Notes: generated from the sequence alone by a model not told the origin. A stretch of 36,795 nt of DNA from Octopus bimaculoides (GCF_001194135.2 NC_068987.1:63323759-63360553); one strand, 5' to 3'. Shown: positions 23,345 through 35,194, counted from the stretch's first letter. Translations and numbers: made by a program.

Positions 23345-23376
23345 GAATATTTTCGATACATATATATGCATATATA

Positions 23377-23542
23377 CAAGGGAGTGCAGCAAAGTTCCTG
23401 GCTCTGGTATAGGCGGATCAGTTAATTATGATTTTACTCAACATATTCTTCTCTCAGATTCACACCCTTATTGGAGCCCTGTAAAAGAACACAGAAGGTT
23501 GGACCTCTTATCATGCCAGCAACTTTTCAGCGCCCACTCGTG
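23377..23542. mobile_element. Mariner-derived MITE (about 166 bp)
   Basis: Left end TA|CAAGGGAGTGCAGCAAAGTTCCTGGC, right end GCCAGCAACTTTTCAGCGCCCACTCGTG|TA; degenerate TIRs share AAAGTT(C/G)CTGGC; TA flanks. Confidence 0.7.
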
Positions 23543-24199
23543 TACGTACACACAGAGACACAAACTCGTGTACGCACACACACAGACACAAACACAGATA
23601 CACACACACACACACACACAGATACACACACACACACGAGCCTGTGTGTATAAAACAAAAATACGTATAGAGAAAATAGCATCTTTTAATTAAGAATTCA
23701 CTTTGCAAAGCCAATGATTGTTTCTGTTGTATTAATATATTCAAATTTAGAAAATATCATTGAAATTAATATATCCGAAAATACATGTTGATACAACGTT
23801 TTCAAGGAGATCCAAAATTAGTTAAATTCAAAGTTAACTAAGGGAGTATTTTCAGTACACAAACGCATACAAAAACAACGCTAAGAATAAATACAATTTA
23901 AGAAAAGCTATTTTCGTATTCACCTACTGATGACGTCAGTGGATAACGAAAAAATAAAAAAAATAAACATAAGAATTCTACGCTACGGAAATTAGAAACA
24001 GAGACTTTACGTCACGACAATTAGTTGTCTATTTATTAGATATAGTAAACTTCTTTAGGAAAATTATGCTTATTATATAACGTATGAAAAACAATTCTAA
24101 CTAAGGATCGAAATATATAAATGCCGTCCGAAATTTATGGTAACATTTCATTGTAAAATTCCTATTCAAATGTCATAAAATTAATTTAGAAGTAATCAT

Positions 24200-24743
24200 C
24201 TAATACATTTCTTCGAGGCAAATATCAAATTTAGAATTTCCAATATTGAACGATGGTGCATAAGTAATGATGGATCACTTTAAATCGTACTCAATGTTCT
24301 TTGCTTTTAAATCCCAAAAGGCATTTATTAAGATTTGTAAAATTACCTTTTCTTCTATACTTAAATGAACGAGAATGATTATGAAATCTAGATTTCCAAA
24401 TTGTCGCCAATGAACCTTTGTAATAATATTTATGATCCCCTGTTATCACCTTACATTGACAGACTATATTTTCCCTTAAACACTGATTTTCTAAAGGACA
24501 GACAATTTTGTTTTTGAAATACCACAAACATTTATTTACTTGTATTCGGTACTCATGATTAAAAGGATTCCTACTAGTCCTCTCAGAATTAGGTTTTAAG
24601 GCAGAATTATCATCATTATTATAATTAATATTAAAACTAGGTGTTAACTGTATCAGAATCAGAATTACTTTTACTTGAATAATCGACATCTAGGAATAAT
24701 CGACATCTAGTTCAGTAAAATTATCATTAAAGTTAATTTCGCA

Positions 24744-24774
<31 letters not shown>

Positions 24775-24900
24775 TGTATGTATGTATGTAGGTCTCTTCT
24801 ATTTTTAATCATTTGAATTCTTCCTCTGAGGAGGAAGCTGGTTTCTAACAAAGATACAAAGCTCCCTTTTTGAAGTGTAAATAACGAAAACAATATTATA
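24200..24900 (-). mobile_element. Penelope-like element, 3' fragment with GIY-YIG endonuclease region
   Basis: CPLENQCLRENIVCQCKV...YYYKGSLATIWKSRFHNHSRSFKY...FTNLNKCLLGFK matches the Penelope Cys-rich linker plus GIY-YIG domain; (TATG)n at 24745-24790. Confidence 0.8.
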
Positions 24901-25058
24901 TTTTAAACCTGAGAAAAGTCTTCCTTAGTTCTACTGTTCCGCATATAGATTGCATTTATGATGTGTGAATCAGTTGGTTGATTTCTTTTTCTGAAAATCC
25001 AGGCTTATCCTGACTGACAGTTAGTCATTTGCTTACAAAGCCAAGTGCTCTAAATATT

Positions 25059-25270
25059 CCTTCTACTCTAGGTACAAGGTTCGAAATTTTTGAGGAGGGG
25101 GCCAGTCGATTAGTTCGACCCAATACACAACTGGTACTTATTTCATCGACCCCGAAAGGATGAAAGGCAAAGTCGACCTCGGCGGAATTTGAACTCAGAA
25201 CATAAAGACAGACGAAATACCGCTAAGCATTTCGCCCGGTGTGCTAACATTTCTGCCAGCTCGCAGCCTT
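25059..25270 (-). mobile_element. tRNA-derived SINE, family A, with TSD
   Basis: Near-consensus body; CAAGTGCTCTAA(A/G)TATT duplicated at 25042-25058 and 25271-25287 (16/17 identical). Confidence 0.93.
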
Positions 25271-25662
25271 CAAGTGCTCTAAGTATTATTGTATAAATGT
25301 AACTTTGTAACCTTGATATAGAAGCTGGTGGAAACTTGAATTGTTTGAAGTCGATACTGAGTTGAATACTTCTATTTTAAAATACAAGATCAAGTCATGG
25401 TTGCTTACTTACTCAAAGACGTCATTTGTTTTTCTCCGTCTGAGGCCTTGCCTTTTGGTTTGCAGACTATCCAAGTAGAACAATCTTCCTCTTAAGTACG
25501 CAACTTGTATCTAACCGCTTGTGCGTACTTAGCCAGTAGGTAGCAACAGCGTACATAGCAACAGCGGTTGCAAGTCAGTTGCGCGAATGTATGCGTACAG
25601 CAATGTTCATGTATGCACACGGTTTTAGATAATGTTTGCCGTCTTTCTAGCCAGTTTTCTCC

Positions 25663-26857
25663 ATGATGTCAAGCAAGGGACAGGCGAAGCGTTTGAATGA
25701 ACCCTTGAGATCGGATATCATTGCTAAGTTGAGCAAACTGGATCATCCAAATAAGCAAGCTCTTGCACGAGAGTATGACGTAAGTGAAGGTGTCATCCGA
25801 AAGATTTGAGAGAACCGGGAAGCGATCCCAAAACGTTGTGCTTTGATCTCTCAGGAGGCCAAAGCGCAAACATTTCGAGTATCTGTGGGTCGGTTTTCGG
25901 AGTTCGAAAACATGCTGTACCTGTAGATTGATTGCACGCATCGAGCGAACATGCCTGTTCCACCGTCATTGATCATTGTAAAAGCAAAGCAGATAACTGT
26001 GGAATTATCGATATCGGAAAATGACTTTAAAGCATCGTGGCAGTGGTTAAACCGAGTACGTCACGGGTTACAGAACGTTTTGCTCCATGGCAAAGGAGCA
26101 GAAATGAACAAAGAAGATCCAGAGCTATTGGCTGCATTGAACGATTTATATGCTGTAATGGAACAGTATGATGCTGAAGATGTTTATAGCATGTTTATAA
26201 ACATATATATAATGTTTATAACAGCGATAGTTTTTCGGTTGCTGCCCAGATATACTCTGCTTATGCCATACGAAGAGGTCAACACAACCCGAGGAAAGAA
26301 GAAAGCTAAAGAACGAATCTCTCATTGCTTGTGCAAATGCCACAGGATCGCACAAAGTTCTTTACATATTAGTCTGAAAATACAAAGAGCTGGCCTGTAT
26401 CAAGAATCAGGAATGACTTCTGAAGTACTTTAACCAGAGTAAAGCGTGGATGGATGTCGAAACGTGTTGTAAATGGTTCATCGAAGTATTTTATCCCGAA
26501 GTGAAAAAGAAAGCGGGACGCCGAGTTCTCTTGTTGATGGATAACGCACCAGGTTATTTTGAAGCTTTTGAACGGAATAACATCAAAGATATGCGCAAAC
26601 GGGATATGCACAGGCGATTTTGGGGGATGTTGAAACCAATCGAGAATGTCAATTTCAACGGCTTTAACAAACTGTTCAACACCGTGCTCAACATTAAAGA
26701 TCAATTGCTATCTGTAAATGCACAGGCTGCAGCAGAGGATGGCTACAATGACCTAAAAAAGTACTTCGATTGCTTTCAGAGGAAGCTAAGACTAGTGACA
26801 TTGCAAGCGAAACGCACCCCCCCCCACACAAAATCTGAGTCAGATGACTTTGCATGA
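25663..26857 (+). pseudogene. Tigger/pogo (CENP-B-related HTH plus DDE_1) transposase, disrupted
   Basis: MMSSKGQAKRL...LAREYDVSEGVIRKI, FKASWQWL, FRLLPRYT, RGKKKAKERIS, KAWMD, VLLLMDNAPG; stops at 25808 and 25924, frameshifts, and loss of the last part of the DDE domain after FERNNI. Confidence 0.88.
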
Positions 26858-26907
26858 CATGTTTAAACAAGAAACTTCACAAGATATCACATACCTTGAG
26901 CATTTTA

Positions 26908-27796
26908 TCTATAATACATTAAAAGTCAGCTTGAATCTTGCTTGCTTGCAATGTTACCCAGCCAAACTGGTGCATAATAGGAAATTATTATGGATTAAGT
27001 TTACCCTGAAATGTTAATACGAACGGAATAAAACAAGTTTCGCGTAAATCGTTTTTTAAGATACAAGAGGTTTTCGGAGTATAAATACTCAATGCGGTGC
27101 ATATTGGGAAAATATTTCGAAAATAACCTTAATCCTGAAAGGGAAGAAACTCTTATCTTTCGATTAGGCACAGTGACTTGACAACGAAAAAGTACGAGTT
27201 GTTTTCTACCGTAAATCTTTCTATTTTCGCTTTTGTTAAACACACTATTTTAATAATTTAGAAATATGTTTAAGTGATTATGATTTTAAAAATGTAAGTT
27301 GTTTGTACAGTAAGTATTTATATTTTAGCTTTCGTTAAACAGACAATATTTTAATGTCTTTTAAAATTATTTTCAAGAGAATATTGCAAAAATGTTTTTG
27401 GTATATCTAAAAAATAATTTAATATGAAAATGACTCTAAAAATACGGTAAATATTTCGTAAAATAACCCGTTCGGAATCTCGGTTCTTTTTTGAGTGCAT
27501 CCAATGTATCTCGCCTCAAAGAGTTGGCTGCTATTTCTAGTACTCCCTGCTATCACGTAGCAGCTATTTGCAATAAAGGACCCGAAATACATGTTACGTG
27601 GTAGCAGGGCGAGCAAGAAATAGCAGCTAAATCTTTTCTTTTCTGAGGAAAGGAGCCGTTTACGCGTGATTTCGATGTCACATTCGTTGAAAGCATGCGA
27701 AATAACTTTGAAAAGTAAAAAAAGACTCACGAAACAAAGGTCCGTGCTGGGAAACTCAGAGTTTCCCGGTTACCCAACGGGTCACGGGTAATCTAG
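26908..27796 (+). mobile_element. Non-autonomous Helitron (889 bp)
   Basis: 5' A|TCTATAATACATTAAAAG; 3' hairpin TTACCC-AACGGGTCAC-GGGTAA then CTAG|T; inserted between A (26907) and T (27797) with no TSD, the canonical Helitron signature. Confidence 0.8.
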
Positions 27797-29044
27797 TTAT
27801 CTATTTAGATGTTCATCAATGTTGCCGTAGAATAAATCGTTGATAAACTTGAACCCGTGATTCTTGAAGATTTTGTAAGTACTTATCTGGGATGCGTACT
27901 TAAATGGGTGCATACTTAACCGGGAGGATACCGTAGATAATCAATTTACTTTGTTTCTGAGTTTGTTTGACAACCGTCCAGCATTCCAGCTGACCATTTC
28001 CTTATAACGTCATTGGTTTTTCTGATTTCACGGTCGACTGAATCTTTAACAGCATCGTTTGTATTTTTTCTTCCTTTTTTCCCCGGACAGTTCGGTTTCG
28101 ACTATAAACAAAATTCTATTGGTCAATTTTAGGGTGATGTCAACAAATTGAGCCAAAAAAATGTAATTCCAAAGTTACTTAAAGCTAGAGTCTCGAATCC
28201 CTGAGGAAGCCCGTTACTTCAACTTTTCACTAACTTTATTATTCTTCTTGTTCCCTGTTGCTGTTTTTTTAGTTAGGTTGAATAACCTGTGTGTATGTGT
28301 GTGTGTATATATATGTATATATACACACACACACATATATATATATATNNNNNNNNNNNNNNNNNNNNNNNNNNNNNNNNNNNNNNNNNNNNNNNNNNNN
28401 NNNNNNNNNNNNNNNNNNNNNNNNNNNNNNNNNNNNNNNNNNNNNNNNNNNNNNNNNNNNNNNNNNNNNNNNNNNNNNNNNNNNNNNNNNNNNNNNNNNN
28501 NNNNNNNNNNNNNNNNNNNNNNNNNNNNNNNNNNNNNNNNNNNNNNNNNNNNNNNNNNNNNNNNNNNNNNNNNNNNNNNNNNNNNNNNNNNNNNNNNNNN
28601 NNNNNNNNNNNNNNNNNNNNNNNNNNNNNNNNNNNNNNNNNNNNNNNNNNNNNNNNNNNNNNNNNNNNNNNNNNNNNNNNNNNNNNNNNNNNNNNNNNNN
28701 NNNNNNNNNNNNNNNNNNNNNNNNNNNNNNNNNNNNNNNNNNNNNNNNNNNNNNNNNNNNNNNNNNNNNNNNNNNNNNNNNNNNNNNNNNNNNNNNNNNN
28801 NNNNNNNNNNNNNNNNNNNNNNNNNNNNNNNNNNNNNNNNNNNNNNNNNNNNNNNNNNNNNNNNNNNNNNNNNNNNNNNNNNNNNNNNNNNNNNNNNNNN
28901 NNNNNNNNNNNNNNNNNNNNNNNNNNNNNNNNNNNNNNNNNNNNNNNNNNNNNNNNNNNNNNNNNNNNNNNNNNNNNNNNNNNNNNNNNNNNNNNNNNNN
29001 NNNNNNNNNNNNNNNNNNNNNNNNNNNNNNNNNNNNNNNNNNNN

Positions 29045-29155
29045 CTTATAGAAAATAATGAGTACTGGGGTCGATTTATTCGACTAATATTTCTTCAAGG
29101 CAGTGCCCCAGCAAGGCTGCAGTCTAATGATTAAAACAAGTAGAAAGTAAAGGAT
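29045..29155 (+). mobile_element. SINE family B 3' tail emerging from gap
   Basis: GTACTGGGGTCGATTTATTCGACT...AAGGCAGTGCCCCAGCAAGGCTGCAGTCTAATGATTAAAACAAGTA. Confidence 0.82.
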
Positions 29156-29163
29156 ACATATGT

Positions 29164-29196
<33 letters not shown>

Positions 29197-29289
29197 CACA
29201 CACAACTACACATACACACATATCCACCACATATTAAAGATCTAGGTAGGTCTGAAGATGATCTCATAAATCTAGTTAAACATGCTAAA

Positions 29290-30030
29290 TTCAACCATAG
29301 ATCTAATAGCTTCGAACACACATTTATAAAAACAGATAAACGCTAGGAAGTCATTGTTTTTCATAATAATTCCTATTGGGTTGAAAAAGAATATGGATAA
29401 GCTATTTGATATCGCTATTGGGAGCTATGATGGAACAGAGATAGCAGATCAAATTGCCCTTTACATCTTACATGCCCTTAAGACGAAATAATAGAAGACA
29501 GTATTGGATAATATAAAAACAACAGTGCAGGAGTAGTACCTTAAAAATGGACAAAAATGGATAAGATGTGGAAAAGATTATGAAACATATTTAGTCGAAA
29601 ACTACAATTAACACTAACCTTAAACTAACACTAACATAGACATTCATATGAATCTTAACACAGGCAAACTTAAACCCTACCATAAACCAAATGAGCACGT
29701 CTCCTACGTTGATAGAGGCTCTAACCATCCACCGTCAATAATTAAACAATTAGTTTATGGAACTAGGAGGCGTGTATCCTATCTATTGATGAAGCTACTT
29801 CCAGAAAGGCAGCTCCATATTATAATGCCGCATTAGAAAGGGCCAATTTTAAGAACAGTATAACCTATATCGAACAAAACGTAGATAGACTAAGAGACAA
29901 GGCAGAGATATAATCCTCTATGCAGCATGAATGTGGCTACGAATATAGCTAGAAAATTTCTGCAGTTATTAGATACCTACCTCGTACACCCACATAAATA
30001 TGGTTAAAATTAGCTATAATTGCCTTCTAA
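29290..30030 (+). mobile_element. Penelope-like element, reverse transcriptase fragment
   Basis: RKSLFFHNNSYWVEK..DKLFDIAIGSYDGTEIADQIALYILH and NLNTGKLKPYHKPNEHVSYVDRGSNHPPSIIKQL match Penelope RT (FDV.MGS.DGAE; YKP.....Y....SNHPP) motifs; heavily disrupted. Confidence 0.85.
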
Positions 30031-30050
30031 ACATAGGGTTGATGATTGTC

Positions 30051-30082
<32 letters not shown>

Positions 30083-30085
<3 letters not shown>

Positions 30086-30516
30086 TTTTATTCTTTATTT
30101 GTTTCAGTAGATTGACTACGGCTACGCTGGAGCACCGCCTTGAAGGATTTTAGTCGAACAAATCGACCCAGGACTTATTATCTGTAAGCCTTGTACTTAT
30201 TCTATCGGGTATTTTGCCGAACCGCTAAGTTACGGCGAAGTAAACACACCAATACCGGTTGTCAAGCGGTAATGGGGAGGGGGACAGACACAGATATATC
30301 CATATACATAGACACAGAAACAAACACAAATAAATATATGCACACATGTATACAACCGGCATCTTTTAGTTTCCGTCTACCAAATCCACTCGCAAGGCTT
30401 TGGTCGATCTGAAGTTATAGTAGAAGATACTCACCAAAGGTGCCACGCAGTGGGACTGTACCCAGAACCATATGGGTCGGAAGTAAGTGTCTAGTCAAAG
30501 CGACGCCTGCGCCTAT
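30083..30516 (-). mobile_element. tRNA-derived SINE, family B, full length
   Basis: All family B modules in reverse order, from the tail (TTCTTTTA)n to the head ...GTGGGACTGTACCCAGAACCATATGG...GACGCCTG. Confidence 0.92.
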
Positions 30517-31022
30517 ACGCATGTATTTTTTATTCATTTGTGGGTTACCAAGGCAACCAATGGTTTTATATAAAGAGATCTACACGATTGTTCAAGCGTG
30601 TCACAAGGAAGTATTGGTACTCGTCTCCTTTATCGATGAAAATACTCACAGATAAAAAATATTTATCCACCAATTTGGTGTTGAATAAGTCATTCGCACT
30701 GTTCAATATCAGCACACACGCACACACTCACACACAAACACACACTTACACATACACGTATGTATGTCTGTGTGTGCGTGTGTGTGTACGTGTGTGTTAT
30801 AAATGCGCGTTATCATATTGCATTAATTTCGCGTACCCTTCGATTTCGTGCGGAGGCACACGAAAATTTTAGGTGGAAGTAAATTCGTTGAAGAATAAAA
30901 AATATTACAACAGACAATACATGCGTACATTTGTAGTACAGGTGTGTAACGACAGCTTTGCACTTCTGTGTGAAAACACAACGCGCACAAGCACATATGG
31001 ACATACACAATATATATATATA

Positions 31023-31058
<36 letters not shown>

Positions 31059-31784
31059 NNNNNNNNNNNNNNNNNNNNNNNNNNNNNNNNNNNNNNNNNN
31101 NNNNNNNNNNNNNNNNNNNNNNNNNNNNNNNNNNNNNNNNNNNNNNNNNNNNNNNNNNNNNNNNNNNNNNNNNNNNNNNNNNNNNNNNNNNNNNNNNNNN
31201 NNNNNNNNNNNNNNNNNNNNNNNNNNNNNNNNNNNNNNNNNNNNNNNNNNNNNNNNNNNNNNNNNNNNNNNNNNNNNNNNNNNNNNNNNNNNNNNNNNNN
31301 NNNNNNNNNNNNNNNNNNNNNNNNNNNNNNNNNNNNNNNNNNNNNNNNNNNNNNNNNNNNNNNNNNNNNNNNNNNNNNNNNNNNNNNNNNNNNNNNNNNN
31401 NNNNNNNNNNNNNNNNNNNNNNNNNNNNNNNNNNNNNNNNNNNNNNNNNNNNNNNNNNNNNNNNNNNNNNNNNNNNNNNNNNNNNNNNNNNNNNNNNNNN
31501 NNNNNNNNNNNNNNNNNNNNNNNNNNNNNNNNNNNNNNNNNNNNNNNNNNNNNNNNNNNNNNNNNNNNNNNNNNNATATATATAAATATATATATATATA
31601 TATACGTGTGTGTGTGTGTGTGTGTGTAGGTACGTACATATAGAGTTATTTTTTCTTCCAACAAAATTACTTTTCTCTTAATGTTGATACTCATTTGCTT
31701 TTTCTGTTGTTTCTTTTCACTCTAAAATTTAAATCTTAAAGTTTTTCACTTTTTGGAAAACTTAAGTGCAGCAAATGTTCTTTG

Positions 31785-32039
31785 AAATGTATGTATGTAT
31801 GCATGTATGAATGTAGGTATATATGCATATGTGCATGTATGCATACATTTATGTGTGTATACATACACACACACACACATATACATATATATATGGCTAT
31901 ATACAGAATTGATACAAATACACAAATATATATTTTGTTCGCACGTGTATGTATATTACTATATATATATATGTATATATGCGCATATACATACATGCAT
32001 ATACATCCTATGTATAATGATTATATATATGTATGTATG

Positions 32040-32086
<47 letters not shown>

Positions 32087-32105
32087 GTATGTATGTATAC
32101 GCATA
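31785..32105. repeat. (TATG)n/(TA)n/(CA)n compound microsatellite
   Basis: Direct reading. Confidence 0.88.
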
Positions 32106-32794
32106 CTGCATATAAACAACTGCAAATTAGACAACTGTTTAAAAACTCTGTATAGAAAAATTTCAGTGACTTGGGAGGTCTTTTATGAATATACCAATAG
32201 ATATAACGCTAAAATCCTACGAAGTAATTCTTTAGGACAGTCAGTAAAAATATTTACCAAAAACAGCGGAAGGTCACCCAAGTCAACCACAGAAGGAAAA
32301 GAAAACATGGGAACCAGATTTTTAAAGACATTTGGTCATTTTACTCTTTGGAATTCGTCATTTACTTGCACACGAAGCATTCCCGTCTTGCTAATCCCCA
32401 CCTTTTTTTTCCTTCAGCCATTTCATCAAGGATCTCACCATCCAAATCTTTATTACATTTTCTGATTGCACTGTTTGATTACATGAAGCCTTGTAGCTGT
32501 TTCTGAAGGTTAATCGACCATATATATGTTCCTTAGTTGCTCCTTATCATACCATTAGTATACCTTCCATTTTCTTTAAAATTGCTGAGTCAGAGGAATA
32601 AGAGTAGCATCTATGATCCGTTTCGGAGTCTCCAAGACTGGTGGAGTAAGAGAAGGAGGGAATTATCTTTTGACATAAGACCTGGTCCGAACTTTTACAA
32701 CAGAGTGCACGTTACTAAAGGCACCCATGGCCAGATGACAGTGTTAACGGGATAATAGATTTTGTCTAGTACCCAAGAACAAGAATTGCCTCTC

Positions 32795-32922
32795 CGACGA
32801 ACATCTACAAAGTTTCACTCTGCTAAATTCTTTTCAAAAGACTTTGGTCTGCTTAAAGTACTGTGCAGCTGAATCGAACCCGAAACTACTATTTATTTGC
32901 AAAATGACCACACAACCATGAG
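32795..32922 (-). mobile_element. Very degenerate SINE head (family B-like)
   Basis: AAGACTTTGGTC...GAATCGAACCCGAAAC...GACCACACAACCATG. Confidence 0.45.
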
Positions 32923-33037
32923 TAGTAAGGGGTAATATTTTATACAAGAACCATTAAAAATGCTAACAAAAAAATAAGCATCCGGTAAGTGGGGAACGAA
33001 GCACTATTTATAACTCATATTTTCCTGGTATGCATGG

Positions 33038-33093
33038 GATATAATTACATATGTGTTTCGATTTTATTTAAATCTTTTCAGTGAAATAGAAAC
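33038..33093 (-). ncRNA. Candidate degenerate minimal hammerhead ribozyme (Penelope-type)
   Basis: Minus strand CUGAAAA-GAUUU/aaaua/AAAUC-GAAAC-ACAUAUGU-A: perfect 5-bp stem II, GAAAC, palindromic stem III, GUA triplet; but G8 is A and stem I is poor. Confidence 0.4.
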
Positions 33094-33447
33094 TTCAACA
33101 CTAACTTACGCGTAGCGCTACTGTTTATTTAATTCTCATTTAGTTACCTATGAGTATATATATGTATACAAGTCGGTGAGATAGTCATGAATATCTCCCT
33201 GTGATATTGCATCGTAATATAAGTTCTTTAAACACCATGTCTGCAGTAAGGTTTTGGTTCCGTGTCAGACTGCTTCACTTAATCCGCTTGTCCCGTATTT
33301 CTCCTTGCAATGCGTTATTTGACATTTTTTTCAGTAACACTATAACCTTTAGCGCTGTTTTACCTATTCATGATCTGTGCTGAGAACACTGTTAAAGTCA
33401 TGGTGCCACTACTTGACCAACTGCTTAAACACACAGTCGTGATGGCA

Positions 33448-33506
<59 letters not shown>

Positions 33507-33755
33507 NNNNNNNNNNNNNNNNNNNNNNNNNNNNNNNNNNNNNNNNNNNNNNNNNNNNNNNNNNNNNNNNNNNNNNNNNNNNNNNNNNNNNNNNNNNNNN
33601 NNNNNNNNNNNNNNNNNNNNNNNNNNNNNNNNNNNNNNNNNNNNNNNNNNNNNNNNNNNNNNNNNNNNNNNNNNNNNNNNNNNNNNNNNNNNNNNNNNNN
33701 NNNNNNNNNNNNNNNNNNNNNNNNNNNNNNNNNNNNNNNNNNNNNNNNNAATTAA

Positions 33756-34213
33756 GGGTGCTAACAAACATACCCGTATCACCGTGATTTCGAACGTTGA
33801 CAGATACTCTTAGTTCATCTTCAGCAAATCTTACCGGCCCCAGGGCTGAAGAGTTTGTTCATCTCAACCAATATGTTCGATGACCGTTTTTAATGCCGGT
33901 AAGACTCGCTGGACCCGGTAAGACTCGCTGGACCCGGTAAGACTCGCTGGACCCGGTAAGACTCGCTGGACCCGCTAAGACTCGCTGGACCCGGTAAAAC
34001 TCGTTGGAGATCAACTTAGGGTATTTCCCAAAGTTCGAAATCACAGTGATACAGGTATGTTTGACTTTTAAAATTTTCGATTAATTTCATCATTGGTGTA
34101 GGGTCTTGGGGTTTTTCTTCATTTGCTCGATTTCACCTTTGTGTTTAAGTGAAAACTTGTGGTTTGGTCATTTTGACCGTTATGTTAGGTGCCGGTACTG
34201 CCTGTTAGTACCC
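33756..34213. mobile_element. Non-autonomous TTAA-flanked DNA transposon (Kolobok-like termini), 458 bp
   Basis: TTAA|GGGTGCTAACA ... TGTTAGTACCC|TTAA (11-bp TIR, 1 mismatch); internal about 73-bp inverted repeat (33765-33837 / 33991-34063). Confidence 0.68.
33896..34008. repeat. 19-bp minisatellite CCGGTAAGACTCGCTGGAC, about 6 copies
   Basis: Four perfect units plus two variant units. Confidence 0.95.
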
Positions 34214-35134
34214 TTAATTATATATATTAAAGGCAATCATTATGATGGTTGAATATTTAGAACGCCGAATACAACGATATTTACGTTGAGAAGACCTCGT
34301 ATAAGGACGCATGGTGAATAAAAGCACGCATATTTATATCATTGGCAGACGAGGATCGTCTGTTACGGGCGCCGGACCTTCTACATTACAGACGTACTCC
34401 GTCTCCTCAGTGACAGACGTCCGGTAGCTGCATACCATAGCTACGGCGGTACATATTCTAAAATTGGAACCGAATCTCACTGCCAACGATATACAGAATT
34501 TCAGTGACTTTTCAAGCACAGATCCCGCAAATAGCCAGCGTGCTTACTAAAAGATAATTATTTGCGAGAATAGCAGTATTAATATTAAAAGACAATCTTT
34601 ATATCCATCTTAACGCGGATATTTTGTTAGAATGTCCATCCAATATTGTGTTATTTAACTTGAGAGGACATGTCATACGGACGCATGATGTATAAATGCA
34701 CACATTTATATCGTTGGCAGACGATATAAATACGTGTTTCAAGGGAAATAGAAATAGAGATAATTTAAGCAGATTTAACATGGCAAAATCTACTGAGTTA
34801 AAGAATGTTTTCAAACGTCTTGTGTTATACTTCGTTCATGTGTACATGATGTGCTTGAGGTCGGGGCTTGACTACATGAGATCAACCCATTCTACACCGA
34901 CGCTTAAAGACATAAGACATTTCTCTGTAATTCTTATTGACCTGAAATTTCTTTAACTTATCACTTCTCACCACACTTTGTCTCAGCATGCGGAACAAAT
35001 CGTTGCTTAGATATTGTATGAAAATTAGGACTTAACTTCTTAAATACTTTTTTTACTAACTATGAACATTAAGCATACGTCCTAATCCAGTAGGCTCTCT
35101 GTTCATACCCAGTAAATGATTATAAAGTGTCATG

Positions 35135-35135
<1 letters not shown>

Positions 35136-35194
<59 letters not shown>

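Larger units (their letters stand above)
25478..27933 (+). mobile_element. Tigger/pogo-like DNA transposon, internally deleted, carrying a nested Helitron
   Basis: Right terminus TTAACCGGGAGGATACCG|TA, degenerate left terminus ATCTTCCTCTTAAGTACGCA, repeated subterminal TTAAGTA(C/T)GCA motifs at both ends; transposase remnant inside. Confidence 0.8.

Noticed and set aside
23911-23952. Hairpin with CTGATGA...GAAA downstream of the Penelope fragment as a hammerhead
   Set aside because: Stem II cannot be formed properly on either strand; the fold is explained by the TGACGTCA palindrome and its flanks.
24677-24710. 17-bp tandem duplication GAATAATCGACATCTAG x2
   Set aside because: Ordinary slippage duplication inside a dead Penelope fragment.
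28200-28216. CTGAGGA-AGCCC, possible start of a hammerhead core
   Set aside because: No complementary GGGC or GAAAC downstream; at best truncated.
30544-30557. RFX X-box-like GTTACCAAGGCAAC
   Set aside because: A single imperfect motif with no associated gene start in the window.
31782-32465. 227-aa ORF
   Set aside because: The first half is translated microsatellite and the remainder has no recognisable domain or splice support.
33896-34008. CRISPR-like array
   Set aside because: The 19-bp units are head-to-tail with no spacers, and the context is eukaryotic; this is a minisatellite.
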